A stretch of DNA of 64,000 nucleotides from positions 3,776,001 through 3,840,000 of the forward strand of contig OY970368.1 of the NCBI GenBank assembly GCA_963718615.1, read 5' to 3'. The notes beneath the pieces are model-generated. The model had not been told where the DNA came from. It saw only the letters and a list, made by a program, of their open reading frames with translations, and made no database searches. The DNA is from an uncultured cyanobacterium (lineage in GTDB: Bacteria > Cyanobacteriota > Cyanobacteriia > PCC-9006 > JAAUQQ01). The translations under genes and the position numbers were made by a program. This document shows, piece by piece, positions 53,530 through 63,507 of the stretch (positions within the stretch are counted from its first letter, which is position 1; each line of letters starts with the position of its first letter).

Positions 53530-54762
53530 ATGGTCACGATCAACGACAATTATTTAAAGCTGAAAGCGGGCTATCTATTTCCGGAAATTGCCCGCCGCGT
53601 GAGTGCCTTTGCAGAGGCTAACCCTGAGGCGGCGATTATTAAGCTGGGCATTGGGGATGTGACGGAGCCCTTGCCTGAGGCTTGCCGAACGGCGATGATT
53701 CGGGCAGTGGAGGACATGGGCGATCGCGCCACCTTCCACGGCTATGGACCCGAACAGGGCTACGGCTGGCTACGGGAAAAGATTGCGGCCCAGGATTTCC
53801 AAGCGCGGGGCTGCGACATCGACGCTACGGAGATTTTCATTTCAGACGGCTCCAAGTGCGATTGCGGCAACATTCTTGATATTTTTGGCAAGGACAACAC
53901 CATTGCGGTGACGGATCCGGTCTATCCGGTTTACGTCGATACCAACGTGATGGCAGGCCACACAGGTCCGGCGGATGAATCGGGCAAGTATGGCGGTTTG
54001 GTTTACCTACCCATCTCGGCGGAGAACAACTTCACGGCGGAGATCCCTAGCCAAAAGGTTGATCTGATCTACTTGTGCTTCCCCAATAACCCCACCGGGG
54101 CCGTGGCGACGAAGGAGCATCTGCAAGCTTGGGTGGACTATGCCAAAGCCCAGGGATCGCTGATCCTGTTTGATGCCGCCTACGAAGCCTTCATCACGGA
54201 TCCCAGCCTACCCCACTCGATTTTTGAAATTGACGGAGCGCGGGACTGTGCCATCGAATTTCGCTCGTTCTCCAAAAATGCCGGTTTCACGGGGACCCGC
54301 TGTGCCTTTACGGTGGTGCCCAAAACCTTAAACGCTAAAGCGGCGGATGGATCTGAGGTAGAGGTTTGGAAACTCTGGAATCGGCGGCAATCTACCAAGT
54401 TCAATGGCGTTTCCTACATTGTTCAGCGGGGGGCAGAGGCAGTTTACTCCGAGGACGGTATTGCCCAGACCCAGGCGCTGATTGCGTTTTATCTGGACAA
54501 TGCCCAGATTATTTGCGATCGCCTTTCCCAAGTAGGACTCCAGGTTTACGGCGGTGTCAACGCCCCCTACGTCTGGGTCAAAACCCCCAATGGACTATCA
54601 AGCTGGGACTTTTTTGACAAACTCCTCCAAGGGGCCAATGTCGTCGGCACCCCCGGTTCAGGGTTCGGTGCAGCCGGTGAAGGTTATTTCCGGATTTCGG
54701 CGTTTAATAGCCGCAAAAATGTCAATGAAGCCATGGACCGGATTGCTCAGCTCAATCTCTAG
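53530..54762 (+). CDS. dapL: LL-diaminopimelate aminotransferase
   Basis: [41 protein letters not shown]. Confidence 0.96.
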   Translation: MVTINDNYLKLKAGYLFPEIARRVSAFAEANPEAAIIKLGIGDVTEPLPEACRTAMIRAVEDMGDRATFHGYGPEQGYGWLREKIAAQDFQARGCDIDATEIFISDGSKCDCGNILDIFGKDNTIAVTDPVYPVYVDTNVMAGHTGPADESGKYGGLVYLPISAENNFTAEIPSQKVDLIYLCFPNNPTGAVATKEHLQAWVDYAKAQGSLILFDAAYEAFITDPSLPHSIFEIDGARDCAIEFRSFSKNAGFTGTRCAFTVVPKTLNAKAADGSEVEVWKLWNRRQSTKFNGVSYIVQRGAEAVYSEDGIAQTQALIAFYLDNAQIICDRLSQVGLQVYGGVNAPYVWVKTPNGLSSWDFFDKLLQGANVVGTPGSGFGAAGEGYFRISAFNSRKNVNEAMDRIAQLNL

Positions 54763-54784
54763 TGATTGAGGTCGCAGATTGAGC

Positions 54785-55201
54785 TCACAGCTTGGGCTCG
54801 CCCATCTGATGTTGCCAAACCTGGTCGATAAACTGACGCATTTGCGAAGCCGCTGGAGCCTCTGGCGGTTTCGTGGTGCTCAGCTCCTCGGTTTGCGCAA
54901 GGTACCCTAGAAGGGGAAGCACTTCCATATCCAGGGCTGGGCGAAACAGATGGAGCGGAAGCAACAAATGGGCGGCCTCTCGCAAATCCGTGAGGTGCTT
55001 GTGGAGCTCATGGCTCTCCCAGGCATGCTCCCAGTCTGCCGCTATCAATCCCTGCACAAGCACCAAGGGCCTCGCCCAAAGCAACTGCCGTTGGGAAATG
55101 ACATCGATCACTTCTCCATAGAGGCGTCCATCGTCGTCTTCTAAACAAATGATCTGATGGCGCTGAAACGTTGAGGAGGTTGGGTCTGGCATGAAGGTCA
55201 T
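54785..55201 (-). CDS. Conserved cyanobacterial hypothetical protein
   Basis: LYGEVI..WARPL..L..F..ALD.EV pattern. Confidence 0.65.
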   Translation of the reverse strand: MTFMPDPTSSTFQRHQIICLEDDDGRLYGEVIDVISQRQLLWARPLVLVQGLIAADWEHAWESHELHKHLTDLREAAHLLLPLHLFRPALDMEVLPLLGYLAQTEELSTTKPPEAPAASQMRQFIDQVWQHQMGEPKL

Positions 55202-55307
55202 GCTACAAAATCTGTATATAGATGCCGAAGGCTTGAACGGTGGAGGTGCTTCCGTTTAAGTTTTCCCTTTTTGATTTTAGTTGCTCGATGTTTTAGCAGG
55301 AGGTTCT

Positions 55308-55622
55308 ATGCCCCCCCGGATGATGGACATTCGTATGTCTACTCAGGTGGTTGAAAAGCGGGACACCAGTGTGGTGCGCAAACATGCGCCCCAGTATCGG
55401 GTTTTGCTCCACAATGACGATTTCAATAGCATGGAGCATGTGGTCAAAACGCTGATGCAAACGGTGCCGAGCCTTTCCCAGCCCCAGGCGGTGGATATCA
55501 TGATGGAGGCCCACACGAATGGTTTAGCCTTGGTAATTACCTGTGCGATGGAACCTGCGGAGTTCTATAGCGAAACGCTAAAGAGTCATGGGTTGGTGAG
55601 TACGATTGAGCCTGCGGATTAG
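55308..55622 (+). CDS. clpS: ATP-dependent Clp protease adaptor ClpS
   Basis: YRVLLHNDDFN, MMEAH; AGGAGG at 55298 before ATG 55308. Confidence 0.93.
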   Translation: MPPRMMDIRMSTQVVEKRDTSVVRKHAPQYRVLLHNDDFNSMEHVVKTLMQTVPSLSQPQAVDIMMEAHTNGLALVITCAMEPAEFYSETLKSHGLVSTIEPAD

Positions 55623-55652
55623 GCCATATAACGGGGTGATGGGGTAGGGGAG

Positions 55653-56513
55653 TTGGCTGTAGGAAAAGGGTTGGGTCAGGGGTTAGATCGGTGGCTGAGG
55701 GCGATCGCCCCCCTGCCTGCCCCCCTGCGCCTCTTCTTAGTGTTGCTGACGCTGGCGCTGCTCTGGCTGCCGTTTTTGCTGGGGTTGACGGGGGCGATCG
55801 CCGATCCCAACTGGCGCAGCATCACAACCCTAATCGTGCTTTATCTCCTGTTTCTCTGGCTAATCCAGCGCTGGGGCCGCGTGGCCCATGGGGAGTCGGC
55901 GAGTTTAGTGCGGTTTGGGTTGCGGGGACGCCAGCGGCTTTTTCAAGAACAGGCCGTGGGGCTCTGGCTGGGCGTTAGTTTGGTCTTTGTCATGTTTGCC
56001 CTGGAGGCAGCCTTGGGCTGGGCCAATTGGACTTTGCCCCCTGCGAATTTTGGCCGGATTGCCCTAGAAGGTCTAGGGGTTGGCCTAGGCATTGGCTTTG
56101 CAGAGGAGCTTTTGTTTCGGGGTTGGATGTGGGATGAGCTGGCGCGCGATCGCCCCCAATCTGCCCTCTTCGGCACCGCCAGCATTTTCGCCGTTCTCCA
56201 TTTCCTCAAACCCTGGTCGGAAATTCTCCGCACCTGGCCTCAGTTTCCGGGGTTAATTTTGCTCGGACTCTGTTTAGGCTATGGGAAGCGGCTGATGGGC
56301 GATCGCCTCGGTCTCCCCATGGGGCTCCACGGGGGTTTGGTTTGGGGCTACTACCTGATCAATGTCGGCGGGTTGATCGCCTTAACGAAAACAGCCCCAG
56401 CCTGGGTGACCGGGGTGGATAATAATCCGCTGGCGGGATTGGTGGGGTTGGGATTTTTGGCGGGATTGGCGATCGCCCTGCGCAGGCTAGGAGGTTCTCG
56501 GAATTCCGGTTAG
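55653..56513 (+). CDS. CPBP (CAAX/Abi) family intramembrane metalloprotease
   Basis: EELLFRG, FAVLH, GLHGG. Confidence 0.88.
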   Translation: MAVGKGLGQGLDRWLRAIAPLPAPLRLFLVLLTLALLWLPFLLGLTGAIADPNWRSITTLIVLYLLFLWLIQRWGRVAHGESASLVRFGLRGRQRLFQEQAVGLWLGVSLVFVMFALEAALGWANWTLPPANFGRIALEGLGVGLGIGFAEELLFRGWMWDELARDRPQSALFGTASIFAVLHFLKPWSEILRTWPQFPGLILLGLCLGYGKRLMGDRLGLPMGLHGGLVWGYYLINVGGLIALTKTAPAWVTGVDNNPLAGLVGLGFLAGLAIALRRLGGSRNSG

Positions 56514-58111
56514 GGATTGGTAACGAGGGGACGGGGTTGGTAATCGCGCCCTGGATGGCTTTTCCGTTCCACAATCGGTGCAGACAAAGCGTCCTCCAGG
56601 GGAGCCAGCCCTAACCGTTCTTCCAAAATCTGCATCACCTCGCGACCAAAATCATCGCCGTTGCGTTTCCAGGCTTCCATGCAAACTTCACCCAAGAAAG
56701 AGCCAAGAGGCTCTGGATTCCAGAGCAATTTGCGCGACACCCAGGGCAAATGCATGGCGAGCGGATCGTAATCCGGTTTGAGAATATTTTGCTCAAAGGC
56801 GTACTGTTCCAAGTGGGTGTGGGGTTGTAGCCCAATAAAGAAAATCGCCGGTTCTACCTTGTCTGCACCGAAGATCGTCTCTAGCTCCCGGTGATAGGCG
56901 AGGGTTTGGCGAATGGTGTCCTCGGTTTCGTCGATCACATTAAACGAATAGTTGACGGAAACCAGGTCGTTGAACCCGGCTGCTTTCAGATCTCGACAGT
57001 TTTGCAGCACCGTGCGCAGGTTATAGCCCATACGCATTTTGCGAACGAGCTCCTGGGAGCCGCTAGTAATGCCGATTTCAAAATAGTTCATGCCCGTCTT
57101 GACCATCAGCTCGGCCAGATCCGGCGTGATGTTATCGGCGCGGATATAGGCTGCCCAGTGAATATCGGTCATGCCCGAATCCAGGATCCTTTGCAGAAGC
57201 TCCTTGGCATCCTCCATGTAGCGTCGAGCCGGGATGAATTGAGCATCGGTGAACCAAAAGTTGCGCACGCCGCGATCGTAGAGCTGGCGCATTTCCTTGA
57301 CCACCTCATCAGCAGGATTAATCCGCACCTGCTTGCCTTCCACCACGGTATAGACGCAGTAGCAGCAGTTGTGGGGACAGCCCCGCTTGGTCTGGACGCC
57401 AATGTAAAAGTCGGTATCTCGCAGATAGTAGTCAAATTCGGGCCAAATCTGCTCAATGTAGTCGTAGTCGCAGGCACTTTTTTCGATGGGTGCCGGTTCC
57501 TCATGGATCAGGCGGGGACGGGGCTGGGTTTCACCCACGATATAGCAGCGCTGATCTGAAAAATCCTTGCCCTGCAACACCCGCTCCAGCAACATTTCCC
57601 CTTCCCCCACAGAAACAATCGTCCCCTGGGGCAGCATGGATTTAACCTGCTCATAGAAAACGCTGACAGCACCGCCTCCCACAATCAGCTTGACCTGGGG
57701 TTGATGGGATTGAGCCCGCCGGAGTCCCCGCTTAATCAACCCCGTATTGCGCCACAGCTCCGTGAGATAGGTGGAAGCCATGCGCAGTCCACCCCATGCG
57801 CCTCGTAGCCTCAAGAGCGGATTGCGGGCATAGTAAAACTCAAAGGCATTTTGCAGCGGATTGCCCCCTCTGCCGCCTACCGGCGCATAAATCTGAATGT
57901 CGCGCCAAGAAAAGACAAGGATTGTGGGCTGAAACCGATCGATACAGTCATCCAAGGCTTGACGATAATCCAACGGCGGTACCGCCCCTAGGTCAAAGAT
58001 GCGCTGCTCCGCCTCCGGAACAACCTTGTGGAGATGATCCGCCAGATACACCACCCCAATGGGAAAAATGGGGTTACAGGGAAGGCGGACATAAAGAATT
58101 CGCTCTGCCAT
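56510..58111 (-). CDS. PSII high-light acclimation radical SAM protein (Slr0320-like)
   Basis: ILYVRLPCNPIFPIG, KRGCPHNCCYC. Confidence 0.85.
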   Translation of the reverse strand: MAERILYVRLPCNPIFPIGVVYLADHLHKVVPEAEQRIFDLGAVPPLDYRQALDDCIDRFQPTILVFSWRDIQIYAPVGGRGGNPLQNAFEFYYARNPLLRLRGAWGGLRMASTYLTELWRNTGLIKRGLRRAQSHQPQVKLIVGGGAVSVFYEQVKSMLPQGTIVSVGEGEMLLERVLQGKDFSDQRCYIVGETQPRPRLIHEEPAPIEKSACDYDYIEQIWPEFDYYLRDTDFYIGVQTKRGCPHNCCYCVYTVVEGKQVRINPADEVVKEMRQLYDRGVRNFWFTDAQFIPARRYMEDAKELLQRILDSGMTDIHWAAYIRADNITPDLAELMVKTGMNYFEIGITSGSQELVRKMRMGYNLRTVLQNCRDLKAAGFNDLVSVNYSFNVIDETEDTIRQTLAYHRELETIFGADKVEPAIFFIGLQPHTHLEQYAFEQNILKPDYDPLAMHLPWVSRKLLWNPEPLGSFLGEVCMEAWKRNGDDFGREVMQILEERLGLAPLEDALSAPIVERKSHPGRDYQPRPLVTNP

Positions 58112-58627
58112 GGCACTCGTTCTGCATCCTAAGGTCAGCGGACTGAGATAAAGGAACCGCTCGCGATCGCCCCATTCCCTAAAAAATCAGGCATAATGGC
58201 AAATCTGAGGGGAGTGTTTATATAAGTTCACAATAGCACTGAAGCGCTGAAGCGGTGGAAGCTGAGACCGTGAGTCAACGCGATGGGTCTTCGGCCACTC
58301 TTAGAGTCTGATTGAGAATGTATGCATTTATTGCGACTTCAAATTGCTTTTTGTGATCCGTGTTTTGTTGACCTTCTTTCCTTCGAAAGGCAGACTTATA
58401 GCCGTTAGAGGATTATTAAAATTTTCTTAACATCAAGAATCAAAGACAAAAATATGTCGCGATTCTGTACGCTTTGAGCTGAAAAGCTGAAGCCTTTATA
58501 GGGCATCTCAAAATCTATCTTTATAAAGCTAAAACCCGGTGAACACCTTAGTCCTAGAGATTTTTCGCTGGCTCGGACTCCTTTAATCTGCTATTGCAAA
58601 AAGCTTGGGATCAATTCAAAGCAGATG

Positions 58628-58669
58628 GTAGTGAGATTTACAACGATGCCGAGGCTCAGATGTTAGCCT
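58628..58669 (+). promoter_or_regulatory. NtcA-activated promoter
   Basis: GTA-gtgagatt-TAC, 22 nt, TAGCCT (TAN3T). Confidence 0.7.
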
Positions 58670-58718
58670 TAACGATATATCGGGACTAAACTTAAATTGA
58701 TTTTTCTCGCAGCATAAA

Positions 58719-59051
58719 ATGATGGCACCAATAATGGCACAAACCCTTGATCCCGTTCCTTCAGACCAATCTTCTAGAGCAGTTCTTTGTAACTACTTAA
58801 ATGCGACCAGTCGGATTCAGATTGCTCGAATCACCAACATTCCCAACTGGTATTTTGAGAAAGTTGTGTTTCCGGGGCAGCACCTGATGTTTGAGGCGTT
58901 CCCGGAAGCTCTGCTTGAGATTCATACCGGCATGATGGCCAGCGCAATTTTGTCAGACCGTATCCCTTGTGAGCAGTTGCGGGTCGAGGCAGCCATCGAG
59001 GTGCCGCCCGCCGTCGAGTTGACCCATGAAGCCCTAGAGCAGGTGGCCTAG
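58719..59051 (+). CDS. DUF1830 domain protein
   Basis: NATSRIQIARI, YFEKVVFPGQ.LMFEA..EA.LEIH. Confidence 0.85.
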   Translation: MMAPIMAQTLDPVPSDQSSRAVLCNYLNATSRIQIARITNIPNWYFEKVVFPGQHLMFEAFPEALLEIHTGMMASAILSDRIPCEQLRVEAAIEVPPAVELTHEALEQVA

Positions 59052-59098
59052 GGCACAGGAGTTTTTCTTCTGTACCGAATGCGGGAAAGTCTGGTCCA

Positions 59099-59140
59099 GA
59101 TGCTTTCTCTAGGATGCTTTCTCTAGGATGCTTTCTCTAG
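59099..59140. repeat. Perfect tandem repeat, 14 bp x3 (GATGCTTTCTCTAG)
   Basis: Three identical copies. Confidence 0.9.
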
Positions 59141-59145
59141 AAGGA

Positions 59146-59174
59146 AAGGAGCCAAGTGCTCCTTCTTTTTTTTT
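59146..59174 (+). terminator. Intrinsic terminator after the DUF1830 gene
   Basis: AAGGAGC-CAAGT-GCTCCTT followed by a T run. Confidence 0.8.
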
Positions 59175-59270
59175 GACCCGGTGGGTACACGATTTCCCCG
59201 ACTACGGGGTAAAAAACCTCAAGATAGCGCTAGCCTGTTGGCATGCAGCTTGAACTGGGTCTGGTCTTCT

Positions 59271-59705
59271 GTGAATCTTCCTTCTTTTTTGTGGTTATGG
59301 CGCATCGCCGCTTGGGCGATGGGATTTACGCTGCTGGCCTATGGACTGCAAGCCTTGACTGCCATCTTGCTGCGGACTTCCCGCGATCGCCTGCCCCTTT
59401 GGCATGGATGGATGCGATCGCTCCACATCGCCACTGGCGTCATCTTAGTGGGACTAGTCCTGTTGCTCTTAGCCATCGGCATCGTCGGCACCCTAGGTCA
59501 CTACGGCTCCCTCGGTCATTCGGGCCATCTTTGGGCTGGGTCAACGGTTGTCGGTTTGGTTCTGGCTTCGGCCTGGAGTGCAAGCCAAATTCAGCGGACG
59601 TTTTGGGCGCGACCGCTTCATGTCACGCTTAATGGCATACTCCTCCTAGCCTTGACCTGGGTAAGCTGGACGGGCTGGAGTGTCGTTCAGAAGTACTTAC
59701 CTTGA
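59271..59705 (+). CDS. DUF4079 membrane protein
   Basis: NLPSFLWLWRIAAW, GTLGHYGSLGHS.H, TGWSVVQKYL; GTG start. Confidence 0.8.
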   Translation: MNLPSFLWLWRIAAWAMGFTLLAYGLQALTAILLRTSRDRLPLWHGWMRSLHIATGVILVGLVLLLLAIGIVGTLGHYGSLGHSGHLWAGSTVVGLVLASAWSASQIQRTFWARPLHVTLNGILLLALTWVSWTGWSVVQKYLP

Positions 59706-59773
59706 GCATTAAGCTTGAGCGTTGACCTTGAGCAGTAATCCCAATTGTGATCCCAAAATCGTGATCCAAAGCC

Positions 59774-62002
59774 ATGCCTAGAAGCAAACGGAGCGAAACC
59801 AGTCCCGCTATCCCCCCAGAGAAAAAGCCAGGGAAAAAGCCGGAGCAGCCTTCAGCACAGTTGCCAGACTTGAGCCATTCCCGCTACTACTTCAACCGAG
59901 AACTGAGCTGGATCGAGTTCAACCGTCGGGTGCTAGCTGAGGGAATGGACAGCCGCACGCCGCTGCTGGAGCGGGCCAAGTTTCTGGGGATTTTTAGCAA
60001 TAATCTCGATGAGTTTTTTATGGTGCGAGTGGCGGGCCTTAAACAGCAGGTCGCCGCTGCGGTGAGGACGCGATCGCCCGATGGACGTACCCCCGAAGAA
60101 CAGCTACAAGCCCTGCGGACGCTTTTGGCCCCCTTGGTTCAGTCCCAGCACCAGCACTTTGACCAAACCCTTCGCCTCGACCTCAAACACCAGGGCATTC
60201 ACCTGCTCGACTACGATACGCTGACCTCCAAACAGCGACTCTATCTCCAAAGCTGCTTTGAGGAACAGATTTTCCCGGTGCTGACGCCCTTGGCCGTGGA
60301 TCCGGGACATCCCTTCCCGATGATCTCAAATTTGAGCCTCAATTTAGCAGTGGTCGTCCAGGAAACCGACACCGAAGAACAGCACTTCGCACGGATTAAA
60401 GTTCCCCAAGTCTTGCCCCGGTTTGTGCCCTTACCGAAGGATCTATATCCGGCTAGTGGTTCCTCTAGTCCTGAGACCTCACCCCTATGGGCCGGGGTGC
60501 CCCTCGAACAGTTGATTGCCCAAAATCTAGAGTCTCTGTTTCCGGGCATGCAGGTGCTCGAATGCCATCCGTTCCGGGTGACGCGCAATGCCGATCTCGA
60601 ACTAGAAGAAGAGGAAGCCGATGATCTGATGTTAGCGATCGAAGAGGAATTGCGACGACGACGGTTGGGCGGTTCGGTGGTTCGGCTGGAGGTGCTGTCC
60701 GATATGTCGGAGGGGATTCGCGATCGCCTCATGCAGGAGCTCGATCTTCAACAGGAGGATGTTTACTCCCTAGAGGGAATGCTAGGGCTCCATGACCTGA
60801 TGTCATTCCTGGGGCTACCCCTGCCGGAGTTGAAGGATCCCCCTTGGACGCCGGTCACGCCCTCAGTTTTTCTGCGTTCGACCGAGTCAGTCAATGCCTT
60901 GGATGGCAAAGAGCGAGTTGATATTTTTAGCCTGCTCCGCAAACAAGACGTGCTGGTTCATCACCCCTACGAAGCATTTTCGTCCACCGTCCAGCGGTTT
61001 ATCACCCAGGCAGCCCAGGATCCAGCGGTTCTGGCGATCAAAATGACGCTTTACCGAACCTCCGGCGATTCACCCATTATCCAGGCCCTCGTGGCCGCTG
61101 CGGAAAATGGCAAACAGGTGGTGGTCCTGGTGGAACTCAAGGCGCGGTTTGATGAGGCCAATAATATTAACTGGGCTAGACAGCTCGAAGCGGCTGGGGT
61201 CCATGTGGTCTATGGCTTAATGGGGCTCAAAACCCATACCAAAATCACCCTCGTAGTGCGTCGCGAAGAGCAGAAAATTCGGCGCTATGTCCATGTTGGC
61301 ACCGGCAACTATAACCCCAAAACCGCCCGGCTTTACACTGACCTCGGCCTACTCAGTAGTCGGGAGGAATTAGGGGCAGACTTGACGGATTTATTTAATT
61401 ACCTCACGGGCTATTCTCGGCAGCAGTCCTATCGGCGACTGTTGGTGGCCCCGGTGAACTTGCGATCGCAAATGCTAGCCCTGATTCGCCGGGAAATCGA
61501 CTATGCCCAATCCGGTCAAGAGGGTCGCATTGTCGCCAAAATGAACTCCCTGGTGGACTCCGAAATGATTCGTATGCTCTACCAAGCCTCCCAGGCAGGC
61601 GTCTCGATTGATCTGATTATTCGGGGCATCTGCTGTCTCAAACCGGGAGAACCAGGCGTCAGCGACAATATCCGCGTGCTCAGCATTGTGGGGCGATTGC
61701 TGGAACATTCTCGCGTCTTTTACTTTCACAATGCCGGGGAGAGCGAAGTCTTTATTGGCAGCGCCGACTGGATGCCCCGCAACCTCAACCGTCGGGTCGA
61801 AGCAGTGGTTCAGGTTCAGGACCCCAAACTGGCCGCAGATTTACAAGAGATCCTGGCGATCATGCTTTCGGACAATGTTCAAGCCTGGGAACTGCAACCC
61901 GATGGGCAATACCTCCGCCGAGCTCCCGGCAAAAATGAGCGTGACCGTGCGGCTCAAGTCATCCTAATGGAAGCAGCTCTCAAGCAGTCTGCCCAAGCCT
62001 GA
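59774..62002 (+). CDS. ppk1: Polyphosphate kinase 1
   Basis: NRELSW, NLDEFFMVR, HHPY, ELKARFDE, LEHSR, SADWMPRN. Confidence 0.97.
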   Translation: MPRSKRSETSPAIPPEKKPGKKPEQPSAQLPDLSHSRYYFNRELSWIEFNRRVLAEGMDSRTPLLERAKFLGIFSNNLDEFFMVRVAGLKQQVAAAVRTRSPDGRTPEEQLQALRTLLAPLVQSQHQHFDQTLRLDLKHQGIHLLDYDTLTSKQRLYLQSCFEEQIFPVLTPLAVDPGHPFPMISNLSLNLAVVVQETDTEEQHFARIKVPQVLPRFVPLPKDLYPASGSSSPETSPLWAGVPLEQLIAQNLESLFPGMQVLECHPFRVTRNADLELEEEEADDLMLAIEEELRRRRLGGSVVRLEVLSDMSEGIRDRLMQELDLQQEDVYSLEGMLGLHDLMSFLGLPLPELKDPPWTPVTPSVFLRSTESVNALDGKERVDIFSLLRKQDVLVHHPYEAFSSTVQRFITQAAQDPAVLAIKMTLYRTSGDSPIIQALVAAAENGKQVVVLVELKARFDEANNINWARQLEAAGVHVVYGLMGLKTHTKITLVVRREEQKIRRYVHVGTGNYNPKTARLYTDLGLLSSREELGADLTDLFNYLTGYSRQQSYRRLLVAPVNLRSQMLALIRREIDYAQSGQEGRIVAKMNSLVDSEMIRMLYQASQAGVSIDLIIRGICCLKPGEPGVSDNIRVLSIVGRLLEHSRVFYFHNAGESEVFIGSADWMPRNLNRRVEAVVQVQDPKLAADLQEILAIMLSDNVQAWELQPDGQYLRRAPGKNERDRAAQVILMEAALKQSAQA

Positions 62003-62508
62003 TAGTCCTGAATAAGCTGGCGTTTTAGACGACGCTGGATCGTGCTGAGAATGCTTTTGAGTAGCGCATTGCCCGTCCCCTCCAGAATCGGCTTGGGCGT
62101 CAGACTAAAGGGGGGAGGCAGATCCAACGTCACCCGTAAATGGGCTTGACCGCGAACGCTCACCTGTTTAGCTTGGCGATGAACCGTGAGGTCTCCCTCC
62201 ATGGCCAACGAAAAATGCTGATTGAGATGCTCTGCCCCTTCTAACCAACAGTCAAGGGATTGAATACGCACCTCTCCGGGCTCCGAGTTCCAGACCCGCA
62301 AATCTGCGGTGGGCTGAATCTGAAGCGACAAAAACCGCAGGGGGCGGAGGCTAAACCGAAATCGCTCGGGTCCGAGGACTTGCACCTGACTAGGGTCGGT
62401 TAAACCATAGACCACACGACTGGGGTCCTGGAGATAGTCATCAATGGATGCGCCAAGCTCGGTGACGGGAATCGCAACGCTTTGCGACGCAGTAAACTGA
62501 GTTTGCAT
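61954..62508 (-). CDS. DUF1997 domain protein
   Basis: F.ASQSV, YL..P.R, P.P..LTP..ILEGTGN.LL..IL..I..RL..QL..DY..W. Confidence 0.8.
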   Translation of the reverse strand: MQTQFTASQSVAIPVTELGASIDDYLQDPSRVVYGLTDPSQVQVLGPERFRFSLRPLRFLSLQIQPTADLRVWNSEPGEVRIQSLDCWLEGAEHLNQHFSLAMEGDLTVHRQAKQVSVRGQAHLRVTLDLPPPFSLTPKPILEGTGNALLKSILSTIQRRLKRQLIQDYQAWADCLRAASIRMT

Positions 62509-62602
62509 GGGAAAGCAGAAGGCAGCAGGTCTGCGGGTGCTTGTATCCTACACCGTCCCGCCCCTGAGTCTAGTAAACGGCGAAAAGCTTTATACCTACA
62601 TT

Positions 62603-63460
62603 ATGGCAAGCTCAATTGCACATTTGGGTCCGGCAGGAACTTATACGGAAATGGCAGCGCTGGATTTTGCGCGAGTGCTAGGACAGCAAGGGCACCCAGA
62701 CATGACCTGCCATCCCTGCGCCACCATCGCCGAAACCCTGCACTGGGTGGCGGAGGGCAAAGCCGATTGGGCCGTGGTTCCCGTCGAAAATTCGATTGGG
62801 GGCAGTGTTCCCATGACCCTCGATACCCTCTGGGGCTTGGAATCGTTGACCATCCAGTACGCACTGATTTTGCCCATTGCCCACGGTCTGCTGACCTACA
62901 ATACCGACCTGAGCCAGATTCAAACTGTTGCTTCCCATCCCCAGGCCCTGGCCCAGTGTCAGCGGTGGCTAGACGTGAATCTGCCCCAGGCGACGCGGGT
63001 GCCGATGAACTCAACTACTGAAGCCCTCCAGCAACTGCCTGAGGATATGGGTTTGGCGGCGATCGCCTCCTGCCGCGCCGCAGAACTTCACAACATCCCT
63101 GTGCGGGCCTATCCCATTAATGATTTCGACGGCAACTGCACCCGCTTTTGGGTAATCAACCGCGATCCCCTGGTTGGGGGCAGTCATACGTCCATGGGCT
63201 TTAGTCTCTATGCCAATGTGCCAGGAGCCTTGGTCAAGGCGCTGCAAGCCTTTGCCGATCGCGGCCTAAACATGAGCCGGATCGAATCCCGACCCACCAA
63301 ACGCTCCCTGGGGGACTATTTATTTTTTATTGACATCGAAGACAGTGCCGAGAGTCCTGCCCTGCAAGCGGCGATCGCCTCCACCGTCGATATCACCGAA
63401 AATCTGCGCGTCCTGGGCAGTTACGACATCCTCGAATGCCAGCCGCCTGGGTCTGCTTAA
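62603..63460 (+). CDS. pheA: Prephenate dehydratase
   Basis: HLGPAGTYTE, PVENS, SHPQALAQC, TRF, IESRP ACT domain. Confidence 0.95.
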   Translation: MASSIAHLGPAGTYTEMAALDFARVLGQQGHPDMTCHPCATIAETLHWVAEGKADWAVVPVENSIGGSVPMTLDTLWGLESLTIQYALILPIAHGLLTYNTDLSQIQTVASHPQALAQCQRWLDVNLPQATRVPMNSTTEALQQLPEDMGLAAIASCRAAELHNIPVRAYPINDFDGNCTRFWVINRDPLVGGSHTSMGFSLYANVPGALVKALQAFADRGLNMSRIESRPTKRSLGDYLFFIDIEDSAESPALQAAIASTVDITENLRVLGSYDILECQPPGSA

Positions 63461-63507
63461 AGTCCAGTGTCTAAAGTCCAGCTAAAGTCCAGTCCCTAAA
63501 GCCCCAG
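63458..63507. repeat. Imperfect repeat of TAAAGTCCAG x4 spanning the convergent stop codons
   Basis: Copies at 63458, 63472, 63483, degenerate copy at 63497. Confidence 0.7.
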
